In this document: positions 8,337 to 17,349 of the stretch, piece after piece
Layout of the letters: every line of letters starts with the position of its first letter
Numbering within the stretch: position 1 is the stretch's first letter
Origin: Candidatus Hadarchaeales archaeon
GTDB lineage: Archaea > Hadarchaeota > Hadarchaeia > Hadarchaeales > WYZ-LMO6
Assembly: GCA_038851755.1 (NCBI GenBank)
Contig: JAWCKR010000005.1
Location: 5,819-69,818, forward strand
Length of the DNA stretch: 64,000 bases
Direction of reading: 5' to 3'
Notes under the pieces: model-generated
Database searches by the model: none
What the model was told of the DNA's origin: nothing
The model's input: only the letters and a program-made list of their open reading frames with translations
Made by a program: the position numbers and the translations under genes

Positions 8337-10246
8337 TTCCTCACCTCCCGTCTCTTGGGCCTCGTCCCGGGCGCAGGGGGTGGAGGGACGGGTTCACCGG
8401 AGAGCTTCCTCACCGCCTCGAAGGTACAGACCTCGAAGCAGGTGCCGCACTTCGTGCACTTCCCCTGGTCTATCACGTGCACCTCCTCCTTTCCTCCCCT
8501 GATGGCCCCCACCGGGCACCGGGTGAGACAGAGGCCGCAGGCCTGGCAGAGGTCGGGATCGATGTAGTAGGCAAGCAGGCCCCTGCACACCTTCGCCGGG
8601 CACCTCCCCCTAAGATGGGCCTCGTACTCCTCCCCGAAGTATTTCATGGTGGTGAGGACGGGGTTCACGGCCGTGGTACCCAGGGCGCAGAGGGAGGCCT
8701 CGGCCATGGTCTCGCCTATCTCCTCTATGGTCTTCAGGTCCTCCTCCTTCCCCCTCCCCTCGCACAGGTCCGTGAGGAGGCGGTTGAGCACCCTCAGCCC
8801 CTCCCTGCAGGGGATGCACTTCCCGCAGGACTCCTCCAGGAGGAAGTGGATGAAGAAGCGGGCCACGTCCACCATGCAGGTGTCCTCGTCCATCACGATC
8901 ATGCCCCCCGAGCCCATCATGGAGCCCAGCTTGGTGAGGGCGTCGAAGTCCACGGGGGTGTCCAGGTACTGCTCGGGGATCACCCCTCCCGAGGGTCCGC
9001 CCGTCTGGACGGCCTTGAACCTCTTCCCTCCCCTTATCCCTCCCCCCACGTCGTAGATGATCTGCCTGAGGGTCATGCCCATGGGGACCTCCACCAGCCC
9101 CGTGTTGTTGACCTTCCCCACCAGGCTGAAGATCTTGGTACCCGGGGACCCCTCGGTCCCTATCCTCCTGAACCAGTCCGCCCCGTTCAGGACGATCAGG
9201 GGGACGTTGGCCCAGGTCTCCACGTTGTTCAGGCAGGAGGGCCTGTCGTGGATCCCCTTCACGGCGGTGTGGATGTACTTGGGCCTGGGCTCCCCGACCT
9301 TCCCCTCTATGGCCGTCATGAGGGCGCTGGACTCCCCCGAGACGAAGGCCCCCGCCCCGCGGTGGACCTCCACGTCGAAGTCGAAGCCTGAGCCCAGGAT
9401 GTTCTCCCCCAGCAGGCCTCGCTCCCTGGCCTGCTCTATGGCCGTGGTCACGTTCTCCACGGCCAGGGGGTACTCCTCCCTCACGTAGATGTAGCCCTGG
9501 TGGGAGCCTATGGCATAGGCCCCTATGATCAGGCCCTCCAGGACGGAGTGGGGGTTGCCCTCCATGAGGGAGCGGTCCATGAAGGCTCCGGGATCGCCCT
9601 CGTCGCAGTTCACGATCACGTACTTGGGCTCACCCGGGGCGTTCCTGGTGGTCTCCCACTTCCTCCCCGTGGGGAAGCCCCCTCCACCCCTCCCCCTCAG
9701 GCCGGAGCGCTTCACCTCCTCCAGGACCTTCTCGGGGCTGAGCTCGAAGAGGGCCCTGGCCAGGGCCCTGTATCCCCCCTCCGCCACGTAGTCCTCTATC
9801 CTGGTGGGGTCGATCCTGCCGTTGAGGGAGAGGAGGAGCCTGTGCTGGTGGCGGTAGAAGGGGAGGTCGGAGGCCTTCCTGATCCTCTGCCCGGTGACGG
9901 GGTCCTGGTAGAGGAGGCGGTCCACCACCCCTTTGGAAACCACGGCGTCCACGATTTCCTTAACGTCGGAAGGCTTGACCGAGACATAAAAGGTCTCCTC
10001 GGGGTAGACCGTCACCACGGGCTCCCTCTGGCAGAACCCGTTGCAGCCCGTCTCTTTCACCTCTATTTCCCCCACCAGTCCTCTGCTCTCTATTTCCTCT
10101 TCCAGAGCCAGGAAGACCTTGTCACTTCCGGCCGCCAGACCGCAGGCAGATTTGGTGCAGATGGTGAGGAGGGGGCGGTGGGGGTCCCTGCCCCTAAGAA
10201 GCTCCTCCCTCCATCTGTCCAGGTCCGCGGGAGAGTTCAGCCTCAT
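8333..10246 (-). CDS. NuoF/HydB-like NADH-binding flavoprotein
   Basis: [40 protein letters not shown]-terminal 2x[4Fe-4S]. Confidence 0.93.
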   Translation of the reverse strand: MRLNSPADLDRWREELLRGRDPHRPLLTICTKSACGLAAGSDKVFLALEEEIESRGLVGEIEVKETGCNGFCQREPVVTVYPEETFYVSVKPSDVKEIVDAVVSKGVVDRLLYQDPVTGQRIRKASDLPFYRHQHRLLLSLNGRIDPTRIEDYVAEGGYRALARALFELSPEKVLEEVKRSGLRGRGGGGFPTGRKWETTRNAPGEPKYVIVNCDEGDPGAFMDRSLMEGNPHSVLEGLIIGAYAIGSHQGYIYVREEYPLAVENVTTAIEQARERGLLGENILGSGFDFDVEVHRGAGAFVSGESSALMTAIEGKVGEPRPKYIHTAVKGIHDRPSCLNNVETWANVPLIVLNGADWFRRIGTEGSPGTKIFSLVGKVNNTGLVEVPMGMTLRQIIYDVGGGIRGGKRFKAVQTGGPSGGVIPEQYLDTPVDFDALTKLGSMMGSGGMIVMDEDTCMVDVARFFIHFLLEESCGKCIPCREGLRVLNRLLTDLCEGRGKEEDLKTIEEIGETMAEASLCALGTTAVNPVLTTMKYFGEEYEAHLRGRCPAKVCRGLLAYYIDPDLCQACGLCLTRCPVGAIRGGKEEVHVIDQGKCTKCGTCFEVCTFEAVRKLSGEPVPPPPAPGTRPKRREVRK

Positions 10247-10914
10247 CCTCTCACCCTAGTCCCCACCTCCGCAGGCACGGCCGGGGGTGCGGCCTTCACT
10301 CCGAACTTCTCCAGCAACCTCGCCACGGAGGCGGGCGTGAGGTTCCCGTAGTAGTCATCGTTGATCATGATCACCGGTCCTATCGCGCAGCACCCCAGGC
10401 AGTTGACGGTTTCAAGCGTGAACTGGAGGTCGGGAGTGGTCTCCCCGGGCGAGATGCCCAGAAGGTTCGTTATCCTCTCCAAAATCATCTGCGAACCCCT
10501 CACCTGGCAGGAAGTACCCATGCATACCCTGATCAGGTTCCTCCCCCTGGGGCTCAGGGTGAAAGCCTTGTAGAAGGTCACGATGCGGTAGACGTTACTC
10601 AAAGGCACATTGAGCTGTCTGCTCACCTCCAGGAGGACCTCCATCGGAAGCCAGCCCAACCCCTTCTGCAGTCTCAGCAGGATCTGGATCAGCTTGGTCC
10701 TGTCGTAGCCGAACTCCTCCAAAACCTTGTTCACTAGGTTGCCCATCCCGCCGAGCCTCATCTGTTGCTCAGGCTGTGGCTCCGGCGCCTTTTCCTTCTC
10801 CGTACCCTCCGGCAACTTGACCTTGAACCTGCAGCGAGGACAGGTGGTGTAGAAAGCCCCCTTCCCGCGGTAATCCCAGACGTACCCGCAGTGCTGACAC
10901 TTTACCTTACTCAC
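10243..10914 (-). CDS. NuoE/HydC-like [2Fe-2S] subunit with N-terminal zinc ribbon
   Basis: [23 protein letters not shown]; N-terminal CQHC..CPRC. Confidence 0.9.
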   Translation of the reverse strand: MSKVKCQHCGYVWDYRGKGAFYTTCPRCRFKVKLPEGTEKEKAPEPQPEQQMRLGGMGNLVNKVLEEFGYDRTKLIQILLRLQKGLGWLPMEVLLEVSRQLNVPLSNVYRIVTFYKAFTLSPRGRNLIRVCMGTSCQVRGSQMILERITNLLGISPGETTPDLQFTLETVNCLGCCAIGPVIMINDDYYGNLTPASVARLLEKFGVKAAPPAVPAEVGTRVRG

Positions 10915-10986
10915 CTACTCACCAACCTACTTTACCTCCCTCTTGTTTTATATACTTTTTCCTTATAATATATAAATATCCTTAAT

Positions 10987-10998
10987 ACGATATATCGT
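10987..10998. promoter_or_regulatory. palindromic candidate operator upstream of nuoE-like gene
   Basis: Perfect 12-bp palindrome ACGATATATCGT next to a TATA-like element in an AT-rich spacer. Confidence 0.35.
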
Positions 10999-11059
10999 GA
11001 GTACTTATTACCTTTTATCCCCTCAAACGGCATAACTTGTTAATACTAATGAGGAGGGC

Positions 11060-11287
11060 CTACCACCTCACGTGCGACCAGCCCGTCCCTTCACAGGATG
11101 GACACATCAGATGGTCCTTTGTCCGGCCAGTCCCACCGCACAACCCGCACTTGGTGGGTGGGGAGGCCACTACCACGCTTCCTTTCCCCTTACAGGCTGG
11201 ACACTTCGCGTTACAGCATCCCCATCCGCTTCCCCTGCACCAGGCGCAGGTGACCTTGACCTCCTTTCCCTCTTCCATCTCACCCAC
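11060..11287 (-). CDS. small DnaJ-type zinc finger protein
   Basis: Four CxxCxGxG repeats (CAWCRGSG, CPACKGKG, CGLCGGTG, CPSCEGTG). Confidence 0.8.
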   Translation of the reverse strand: MGEMEEGKEVKVTCAWCRGSGWGCCNAKCPACKGKGSVVVASPPTKCGLCGGTGRTKDHLMCPSCEGTGWSHVRW

Positions 11288-12332
11288 TGGACTCGCTCGG
11301 ACTCTCGGTCAGGGGGTAACCGAAGGTGTGGTTAATCACGGTCTTGGCTATCTCCCCGCCGCAGGTGTAGATATCCATGAGATTGGCCCTCACCAGGCAG
11401 GTGGAGCACACCGCGAAGGGGCGCTTTTCCTTCTTCGCCATCTCCCCCAGCACCTGCATGTTCAGGTCCTCCATCTCCCCCAGGGCATCCAGCACCTTGT
11501 TGGCCTTCTCGGTGTCCTTGCCCCAAAAAGCCTCCACCGCCTCCTCGAAATGCACGTAAGAGGCCTGCCCCATGTTCACCATCCTCTCCAGCACGGAGGG
11601 ATGGAACTTTTCCTCCTGGTGGACGAGCAGGTTGGAGATGTTGACCGCCAGGTCGGCCACCCTCTCCATCTGCTGGACGAAGTTCTGGTAGTCCAGACAG
11701 TCCAGGAGGTTGATCCCTATCCTCCCGGCTATCACGGGATCGAAGGCGGCGTTCCGCAGCATCCTGAGGAGGAGGAGGGAAAAGCGGTCCACGTCCTCAT
11801 CCAGGGAAGCGATGGTCTTGGCCAGCTCGGCGTTTTCCTCCTGGAGGGCCTTCAGCATGTCGGCGCACATGGAGGCCACGATGGTGTGCATCCTCTTCAT
11901 GCCGGTGTGAAGGGAGATCTTCGACATGTCCAGAAGGCTCTCGATGATGAATTCCTGGGAATCGGCCTTCATGATCCTCAGGTAGAGCTTGCCCGCTATG
12001 TCCCTCACCGTCTGTTGTTGCTCGGCGTTGAAGACCTCCTCGGAGACTATCCGGAAGCGGGAGGCCCCGTTCAGGTATCCAGACACGACCTCCCTGACGA
12101 ACACCTCCTTCCTCTTGTCCTTCTCGAAGTTGATGGTGAGTTCCCTCTCCGCCTCCCTGAGCTCCCTGGGATAGACTACCAAGGACCCGTCTCCCCTCAT
12201 GCTCAAATGAACGGTCCTACCAGGTTCCAGCCCGTGGAGATCCACCCACTGCTTGGGAAGTGAAACCACCAGTGTCGACTTCCCCAGTTGGACTACTTTC
12301 CTGGGCTGCACATAATTATGTTTCTCTTTCAT
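11280..12332 (-). CDS. archaeal PhoU-family regulator with N-terminal AbrB domain
   Basis: RKVVQLGKSTLVVSLPKQW, DEDVDRF, MERVADLA. Confidence 0.88.
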   Translation of the reverse strand: MKEKHNYVQPRKVVQLGKSTLVVSLPKQWVDLHGLEPGRTVHLSMRGDGSLVVYPRELREAERELTINFEKDKRKEVFVREVVSGYLNGASRFRIVSEEVFNAEQQQTVRDIAGKLYLRIMKADSQEFIIESLLDMSKISLHTGMKRMHTIVASMCADMLKALQEENAELAKTIASLDEDVDRFSLLLLRMLRNAAFDPVIAGRIGINLLDCLDYQNFVQQMERVADLAVNISNLLVHQEEKFHPSVLERMVNMGQASYVHFEEAVEAFWGKDTEKANKVLDALGEMEDLNMQVLGEMAKKEKRPFAVCSTCLVRANLMDIYTCGGEIAKTVINHTFGYPLTESPSESSG

Positions 12333-12712
12333 ATATATATCTCCTTCTTTTTTTACCCATCAACCTTCTTTTCTTTGAATATATAAATTTAGCAGTTATA
12401 TGTATTATATGGAAAAAGTATTTATTTCAACCTGTTCGAAAAATAAGGATGCTGAAATTAAAGGTGGAAGAACGCTGGGGGAGGCTCAGGCTAGTGGTAT
12501 ACCTCCCCAAATCCGGGATCTGCAAGTGGATGCCCAACGGAGGAAATAAAACCTCTCTCCCAAAGGATCCCTGAGCTTTTCTGGAAAGGGAGGATACAGG
12601 GAATTCTTGGGTTTAACTTCATGTTTTAAATATTTGGTATATATCCAAAGAAATTTGTTAAGAAATCTATTCCAAAAGTATATAAATTAGAAGAAAGTAT
12701 GTATAAACGGAG

Positions 12713-14416
12713 GTGAGAAAAATGAAAACCCTTGAGTTGGAACCCCTGGGCAAGAAGTGGACGGTGCTGATGGTGGAGAAGGAGTACGACGAGCCTCTCT
12801 GGGAGCACGACGAGGTTCTGTTCCCCCGTCTACCCAAAGCCCTGGAAGTGGTCCGGACCCCCTCCGTGGCCTTCAGGGAGTTCCTCTGGGAACTCCTGAC
12901 CAAGGAGAGACCGGACTTCGTCACCGACGAAAAAGGAAGGAAGAGCGACAGGGAGTTCTACGAGGAAAACCCGGTGGCCCAAATATGCTCCGAGAAGGGG
13001 ATACCTCTCTATCCTGCAGACGTGGACGAGAACGCCAGGTACTACCTGGAGGGAAGGGCGAGTGAAATCAGGGAGAAAAGGGACGAAGTCTTGAAAGTGC
13101 TGGCCCGCAAAAGAAGGGGTGAAAAGCTCTCTCCCCAGCAGCTTGAGTACCTGAAGGCCTACGCACAGTACCTCCACCAAGAGCTGGAGGAAGAGGTGAG
13201 GAAGGCGGAGTTCGAGGTCAGGGAAGCCTGGATCACCATGGGAATTCTGGAGAGGGCCAAGAAGACCGATAAAGACAGGATTCTGGTGGTGCACCTGAGC
13301 AGCCCAAGGCACGTGGAAGGTGTGGCGAAACTCCTCAGGTCGATGGGAGCCACCATCACCCACGTGAAGCTGGAGAAGAAGGCCCTCCCCAACCTGAGGA
13401 TGAATTTTCCCCCCACCAGGTTGGGGAGGGACCTCGAGCTACCCGGCTTCGAGGTCGTGCCCACGGCGAGGGTTGTGGGAGAGGAGGAGATACCTTCCCT
13501 CCTTTTTTTTCTCGACACCGAGCCGCACGTGAGCCCCTTCGACATCTCGCTGGCCTATGATGTGGGGTTCGACGCGGTCATCCCCTACGCTGGGGTCAGG
13601 GCTGAGGACGCCAAGAGCATCGTCCAGGACGCCCTTTTCTCCAGGGGACCCAAAGGGGTGAAGCGTTCCACCTTCCTCATAGGCGGAAGGTCCCTGGAGG
13701 AGGCAGAGAAAATCCTGAAGGTGGTGAAGGAGAGCATGTTTCCCCCCTTTGAGACCTCAGTGGTGATAGACCCACACGGGGCCTACACCACCTCCGCGGC
13801 CCTCGTGGCCAAGGTAGAGGAAGGAATCAAGAAGCTGGGGATGGTGAGCAAGGGCCTGAAGGCGGTGGTGCTCGCCGGAACAGGACCAGTGGGAATGGCC
13901 TCGGCCACTCTGCTGACCAGGCTAGGCTTCAGGGTGTACCTCACCTCCAGGAAGGAGGAGAGGGCCAAAAAGAGCGCGCAGGAAATCCTGGAGAGGTGGG
14001 GCGCAGAGGTGGAGGGCGTGCAGGTCGAAGACCAGGAAAAAACCTTCGAACTTCTCAGGGACACCTCCGTGGTGGTGGCAAGCGGGGCCCCCGGAGTGGA
14101 GCTGGTCTCGGACACCACCCTGGCAAGGCTGGAGGGAGACAGAAGGATCATGACGGACATCAACGCTGTGCCTCCGAGCGGGATTGCGGGGCTGAAGCCC
14201 GACTATGACCTGCGGGAGTTCCGTCCCGGAATTTTCGGAATAGGAGCCCTAGTGGTGGGCAAACTCAAGAACAGAACAGAGAAGGAGATCCTCACCAGGG
14301 CCAGGCTCACCGGAAAGGGGGTGTACGACCTAGACTACGCCTTCAGAACGGCCAGGGAAATGCTCAGGGGAGTGGAGAGGGAAATAAAGCTGGCCCCTCT
14401 GCAAATCACCTACTGA
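12713..14416 (+). CDS. fusion: unknown N-terminal domain plus NAD(P)-dependent methylene-H4MPT/H4F dehydrogenase (MtdA/MtdB family)
   Basis: SPFDISLAYDVG, VQDALFSRGPKG, DPHGAYTTSAA, AGTGPVG, DINAVPPSGI; about 250 extra N-terminal residues. Confidence 0.85.
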   Translation: MRKMKTLELEPLGKKWTVLMVEKEYDEPLWEHDEVLFPRLPKALEVVRTPSVAFREFLWELLTKERPDFVTDEKGRKSDREFYEENPVAQICSEKGIPLYPADVDENARYYLEGRASEIREKRDEVLKVLARKRRGEKLSPQQLEYLKAYAQYLHQELEEEVRKAEFEVREAWITMGILERAKKTDKDRILVVHLSSPRHVEGVAKLLRSMGATITHVKLEKKALPNLRMNFPPTRLGRDLELPGFEVVPTARVVGEEEIPSLLFFLDTEPHVSPFDISLAYDVGFDAVIPYAGVRAEDAKSIVQDALFSRGPKGVKRSTFLIGGRSLEEAEKILKVVKESMFPPFETSVVIDPHGAYTTSAALVAKVEEGIKKLGMVSKGLKAVVLAGTGPVGMASATLLTRLGFRVYLTSRKEERAKKSAQEILERWGAEVEGVQVEDQEKTFELLRDTSVVVASGAPGVELVSDTTLARLEGDRRIMTDINAVPPSGIAGLKPDYDLREFRPGIFGIGALVVGKLKNRTEKEILTRARLTGKGVYDLDYAFRTAREMLRGVEREIKLAPLQITY

Positions 14417-14450
14417 ATCCTTTTTTAGCTCGAGAAGAAAAGAAGAGGAG

Positions 14451-14738
14451 ATGGGAACCGATCCAAGCTGGCTCGTCCCCCTCCTCGCCCCCTTCCTGAT
14501 AGGGCTGGTGGTGGGGGCCATGGTCAAGGCGGCGGCTAAGTTCGTCCTCCTCCTGCTGGTGCTGGTGGCCATCCTGGCCGTGACCGGGCTCATCGCCTTC
14601 TCCGTGGAGGACCTCTTCGGGAGGGCCATGGACTACCTCCCCAACCTCCTCAAGACGGGGAGCGCGGCCAAGGACGTCCTCCCCTACACCTCCCTCAGCT
14701 TTCTGCTGGGCTTGCTGCTGGGGCTCTGGAAGCTCTAG
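14451..14738 (+). CDS. small membrane protein
   Basis: Three hydrophobic segments, purine-rich leader. Confidence 0.75.
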   Translation: MGTDPSWLVPLLAPFLIGLVVGAMVKAAAKFVLLLLVLVAILAVTGLIAFSVEDLFGRAMDYLPNLLKTGSAAKDVLPYTSLSFLLGLLLGLWKL

Positions 14739-14743
14739 AGACC

Positions 14744-15532
14744 TTGAGGATCCGTCCCGTGGTGGGTTCTCCCGCTCTCTCCTTCTCGGCGGGAGGGGAG
14801 CGGGTGCTGGTGGTGGCCGACCTCCACCTGGGGATGGAGGGAGAGCTGGCGGAGAAGGGGATCTCCCTCCCCAGCCAGATCCCTTCCGCGAGGAGGAGAC
14901 TTGAGGAGCTGGTGAGGACGGAGAGGCCACACAGGCTGGTCTTCCTGGGGGACGTGAAGCACAACGTCCCCACCAGCACCTGGAGGGAATGGGCCGAACT
15001 TCCCTCCTTCTTCGAGGCCCTGCTGGAAGCGGTGGAGAGGGTGGAGGTGGTGAAGGGCAACCACGACGGGGACATAGAGGGGATGATCCCGCACGGGGTG
15101 AGGGTGCATGATCCCGGAGGAATGAGGGTGGGCGAGGTAGGACTGCTCCACGGGCACACCTGGCCCTCCCGGGACCTCTGGGGGGCGAAGGTGCTGGTGT
15201 GCGCCCACAGCCACCCGGCGGTGGAGTTCAGGGACCCGCTGGGCGGGAGGGTGGTGGCGCCCGTGTGGCTGAGGGGAAAGCTGGACACCTCCCTCCTCCC
15301 CCCCGAGAGGAGGAAGGGGGTGGAGGGGCACCGGAAGGTGGTCGTGCTGCCGGCCTTCGGGGAGCTGGTGGGGGGATACGCCGTGAACGGGCCCTCCTCC
15401 GAGGAACTCCTCGGGCCCCTCTTCCGCTGCGGAGCCGTTCGGATGGAGGAGATGGAGGCCTTCCTGCTGGACGGCACCTACCTGGGAAAGGTGGGCGGGC
15501 TCCCAGGGAAGCCTAATTACTCGGGAGGGTGA
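14744..15532 (+). CDS. calcineurin-like metallophosphoesterase
   Basis: ADLHLG, LGDVKH, KGNHDG, HGH, AHSHP. Confidence 0.9.
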   Translation: MRIRPVVGSPALSFSAGGERVLVVADLHLGMEGELAEKGISLPSQIPSARRRLEELVRTERPHRLVFLGDVKHNVPTSTWREWAELPSFFEALLEAVERVEVVKGNHDGDIEGMIPHGVRVHDPGGMRVGEVGLLHGHTWPSRDLWGAKVLVCAHSHPAVEFRDPLGGRVVAPVWLRGKLDTSLLPPERRKGVEGHRKVVVLPAFGELVGGYAVNGPSSEELLGPLFRCGAVRMEEMEAFLLDGTYLGKVGGLPGKPNYSGG

Positions 15533-15542
15533 GGGAAAGGAG

Positions 15543-15740
15543 ATGGGAGCGGTCTTCAGGCCGGAGGACATGAAGAGGAGGGAATGGGTGAGGAGGGCCC
15601 TGAGGGACCTGAGCCCGGAGGTGGTGAGAAGGGTGGAAGAACTCCTGACCAGGAGGGGGGAGGGATGGGAAGGAGAGCTGGAGAGGCTGGTGGGGAGGGA
15701 GAGAAGCAAGCGGCTTCTGGAGGAGCTGGGGGGGCGGTGA
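15543..15740 (+). CDS. small hypothetical protein
   Basis: 65 aa, typical codon usage, in operon. Confidence 0.6.
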   Translation: MGAVFRPEDMKRREWVRRALRDLSPEVVRRVEELLTRRGEGWEGELERLVGRERSKRLLEELGGR

Positions 15741-15741
15741 A

Positions 15742-15834
15742 GTGGTGGTCAAGGGTTTGGTCTACCTGCTCCTGGCCCTCCTCCTGCTGGGCCTTCACCT
15801 CCTCCTCCGCCACCTCAAGCGGAAAATGGTCTAG
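15742..15834 (+). CDS. 30-aa single-pass membrane microprotein
   Basis: MVVKGLVYLLLALLLLGLHLLLRHLKRKMV; exactly fills the gap between two genes. Confidence 0.45.
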   Translation: MVVKGLVYLLLALLLLGLHLLLRHLKRKMV

Positions 15835-17013
15835 CTACCTTCCCTTCGCGGCCACGATGCTTATCACGTCGCCGTCCTTCAGCTCGTGGTCCTCCCCCAC
15901 CCTGCGCTTCGTCCTGGCGTCTATGGCGTAGAGGAAGGATTCCCCCAGCTCCGTATGGATCCGGTAGGCCAGCTGTCTGGCTGTGGTCCCCTTCGGCACC
16001 AGGAAGGCGTCCGGGAGAACGTTCCCGTCCTTGTCCGTGAGCTTGTTCTCGTCCTCCACGGGGTAGACGGCTATCAGGCCCAGGAACCTGTAGACGGCGG
16101 TGTCCAGGCACTCCTGCACCCCCGTGCTCCCCCACCTCTCCAGGTACTTCTTCACCGCCTCGAGCGCCCTGGCCTGCTCGGGGGTGAGGGCCTCCGGCTT
16201 CAGGACCCGGAAGGTGGGATCCCCAGGCCTGTAGGAGACCAGCCCCTTCTCGGCCGCCCTCCTCAGGAGGAGCTCGGCCTCCGAGCTCACCGGGACCACC
16301 GTGTAGCCCGCGGCGCGCATCCTCTCCACGTTCTCCGCCGCCCCCCCCAGGTCGGCCTTATTGGCCACCGCCATGATGGGCTTGCTCAGCTTCCTGAGCT
16401 CCCTGGCCAGCTCCAGGGGACGGGAGGGATCGAAGGGAGCACGCTGCAGGGCGAGGGAAACCTGCTCTTCCGTGATACCCAGGCCGCTCAGCCTCTTCGA
16501 CAGCTCCACCGCCAGGTCCTCCCCCCTCAGCTCCACCGCCCTGGCGAACTTCTTCCATCCCCTCTCCAGAATCCCGCACAGCCACAGGTCTATCTCCTCC
16601 TCCAGGAAGGCAAGGTCCTCCAGCGGGTCATGGGTACCCGGGGGGCACGGTCTCCCGTTCTCGTCCGTGGAGCCAGCGGCGTCCACCACATGCAGGAGGG
16701 CGGAGGCCATGCGAAGGCTGTCCAGAAACTTGTTCCCCAGTCCCTTCCCCTGGTGCGCCCCCTTCACCAGACCAGCCACGTCGATAATCCTCACGGGGAT
16801 GTACCTCACCCCGCCCACGCAGGCGGAGTTCCTGGGATGGCATTTCACCCCGAACTCCCCGCAGGGGCACTTCCCCCTCACATGGGCCACGCCCACGTTG
16901 GGCTCTATGGTGGTGAAGGGGTAGTTGGCCACGGGCACGCTCGCCAGGGTGGCGGCGTTGAAGAAGGTGCTCTTCCCGGTGTTGGGTTTGCCCACCAGGC
17001 CCAGCTCTATCAT
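15835..17013 (-). CDS. ychF: YchF/Obg-family ATPase (archaeal type) with TGS domain
   Basis: GKPNTGKST, NYPFTTIEPN, DVAGLV, ANKAD, C-terminal TGS. Confidence 0.92.
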   Translation of the reverse strand: MIELGLVGKPNTGKSTFFNAATLASVPVANYPFTTIEPNVGVAHVRGKCPCGEFGVKCHPRNSACVGGVRYIPVRIIDVAGLVKGAHQGKGLGNKFLDSLRMASALLHVVDAAGSTDENGRPCPPGTHDPLEDLAFLEEEIDLWLCGILERGWKKFARAVELRGEDLAVELSKRLSGLGITEEQVSLALQRAPFDPSRPLELARELRKLSKPIMAVANKADLGGAAENVERMRAAGYTVVPVSSEAELLLRRAAEKGLVSYRPGDPTFRVLKPEALTPEQARALEAVKKYLERWGSTGVQECLDTAVYRFLGLIAVYPVEDENKLTDKDGNVLPDAFLVPKGTTARQLAYRIHTELGESFLYAIDARTKRRVGEDHELKDGDVISIVAAKGR

Positions 17014-17348
17014 GGGGAACCCAGGTGCTCGAAGTAGTATCCAGGTTCCTTCTTGCTCCCGAAGCTCCTGACCCCCTTCTCCCTCAGCTGCTTCCTCAGC
17101 CCCCCGGCGTACTCGTGGGTGATCTCCCCCCTCCTCTCCAGATAGTCGATGATCTCCTCCGCCTCCTTCTCGCTCTCGCACCTCCGCAGAAAGTCCACCG
17201 CGGAGGGGGAGAAGCCCTCTCCCCTGGCGGCCCTCTCCGCCTCCCCCCTCTCCGTTCTGCTCCCGGAAATCCTCACCGTTCCCTCCCCACCCATCTCCTC
17301 CGCCAGGTGGGGGAAGAGCTTCCTGAACTTCTCGGGGGTGAACTCCAA
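17010..17348 (-). CDS. DUF2095 family protein
   Basis: FPHLAEEM, PSAVDFLRRC, GVRSFGSKKEPGYY; TTG start inferred. Confidence 0.8.
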   Translation of the reverse strand: MEFTPEKFRKLFPHLAEEMGGEGTVRISGSRTERGEAERAARGEGFSPSAVDFLRRCESEKEAEEIIDYLERRGEITHEYAGGLRKQLREKGVRSFGSKKEPGYYFEHLGSP

Positions 17349-17349
17349 G

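Noticed and set aside
10960-12690. Three copies of TATATAAAT as a repeat element
   Set aside because: Explained as TATA boxes of the three adjacent transcription units
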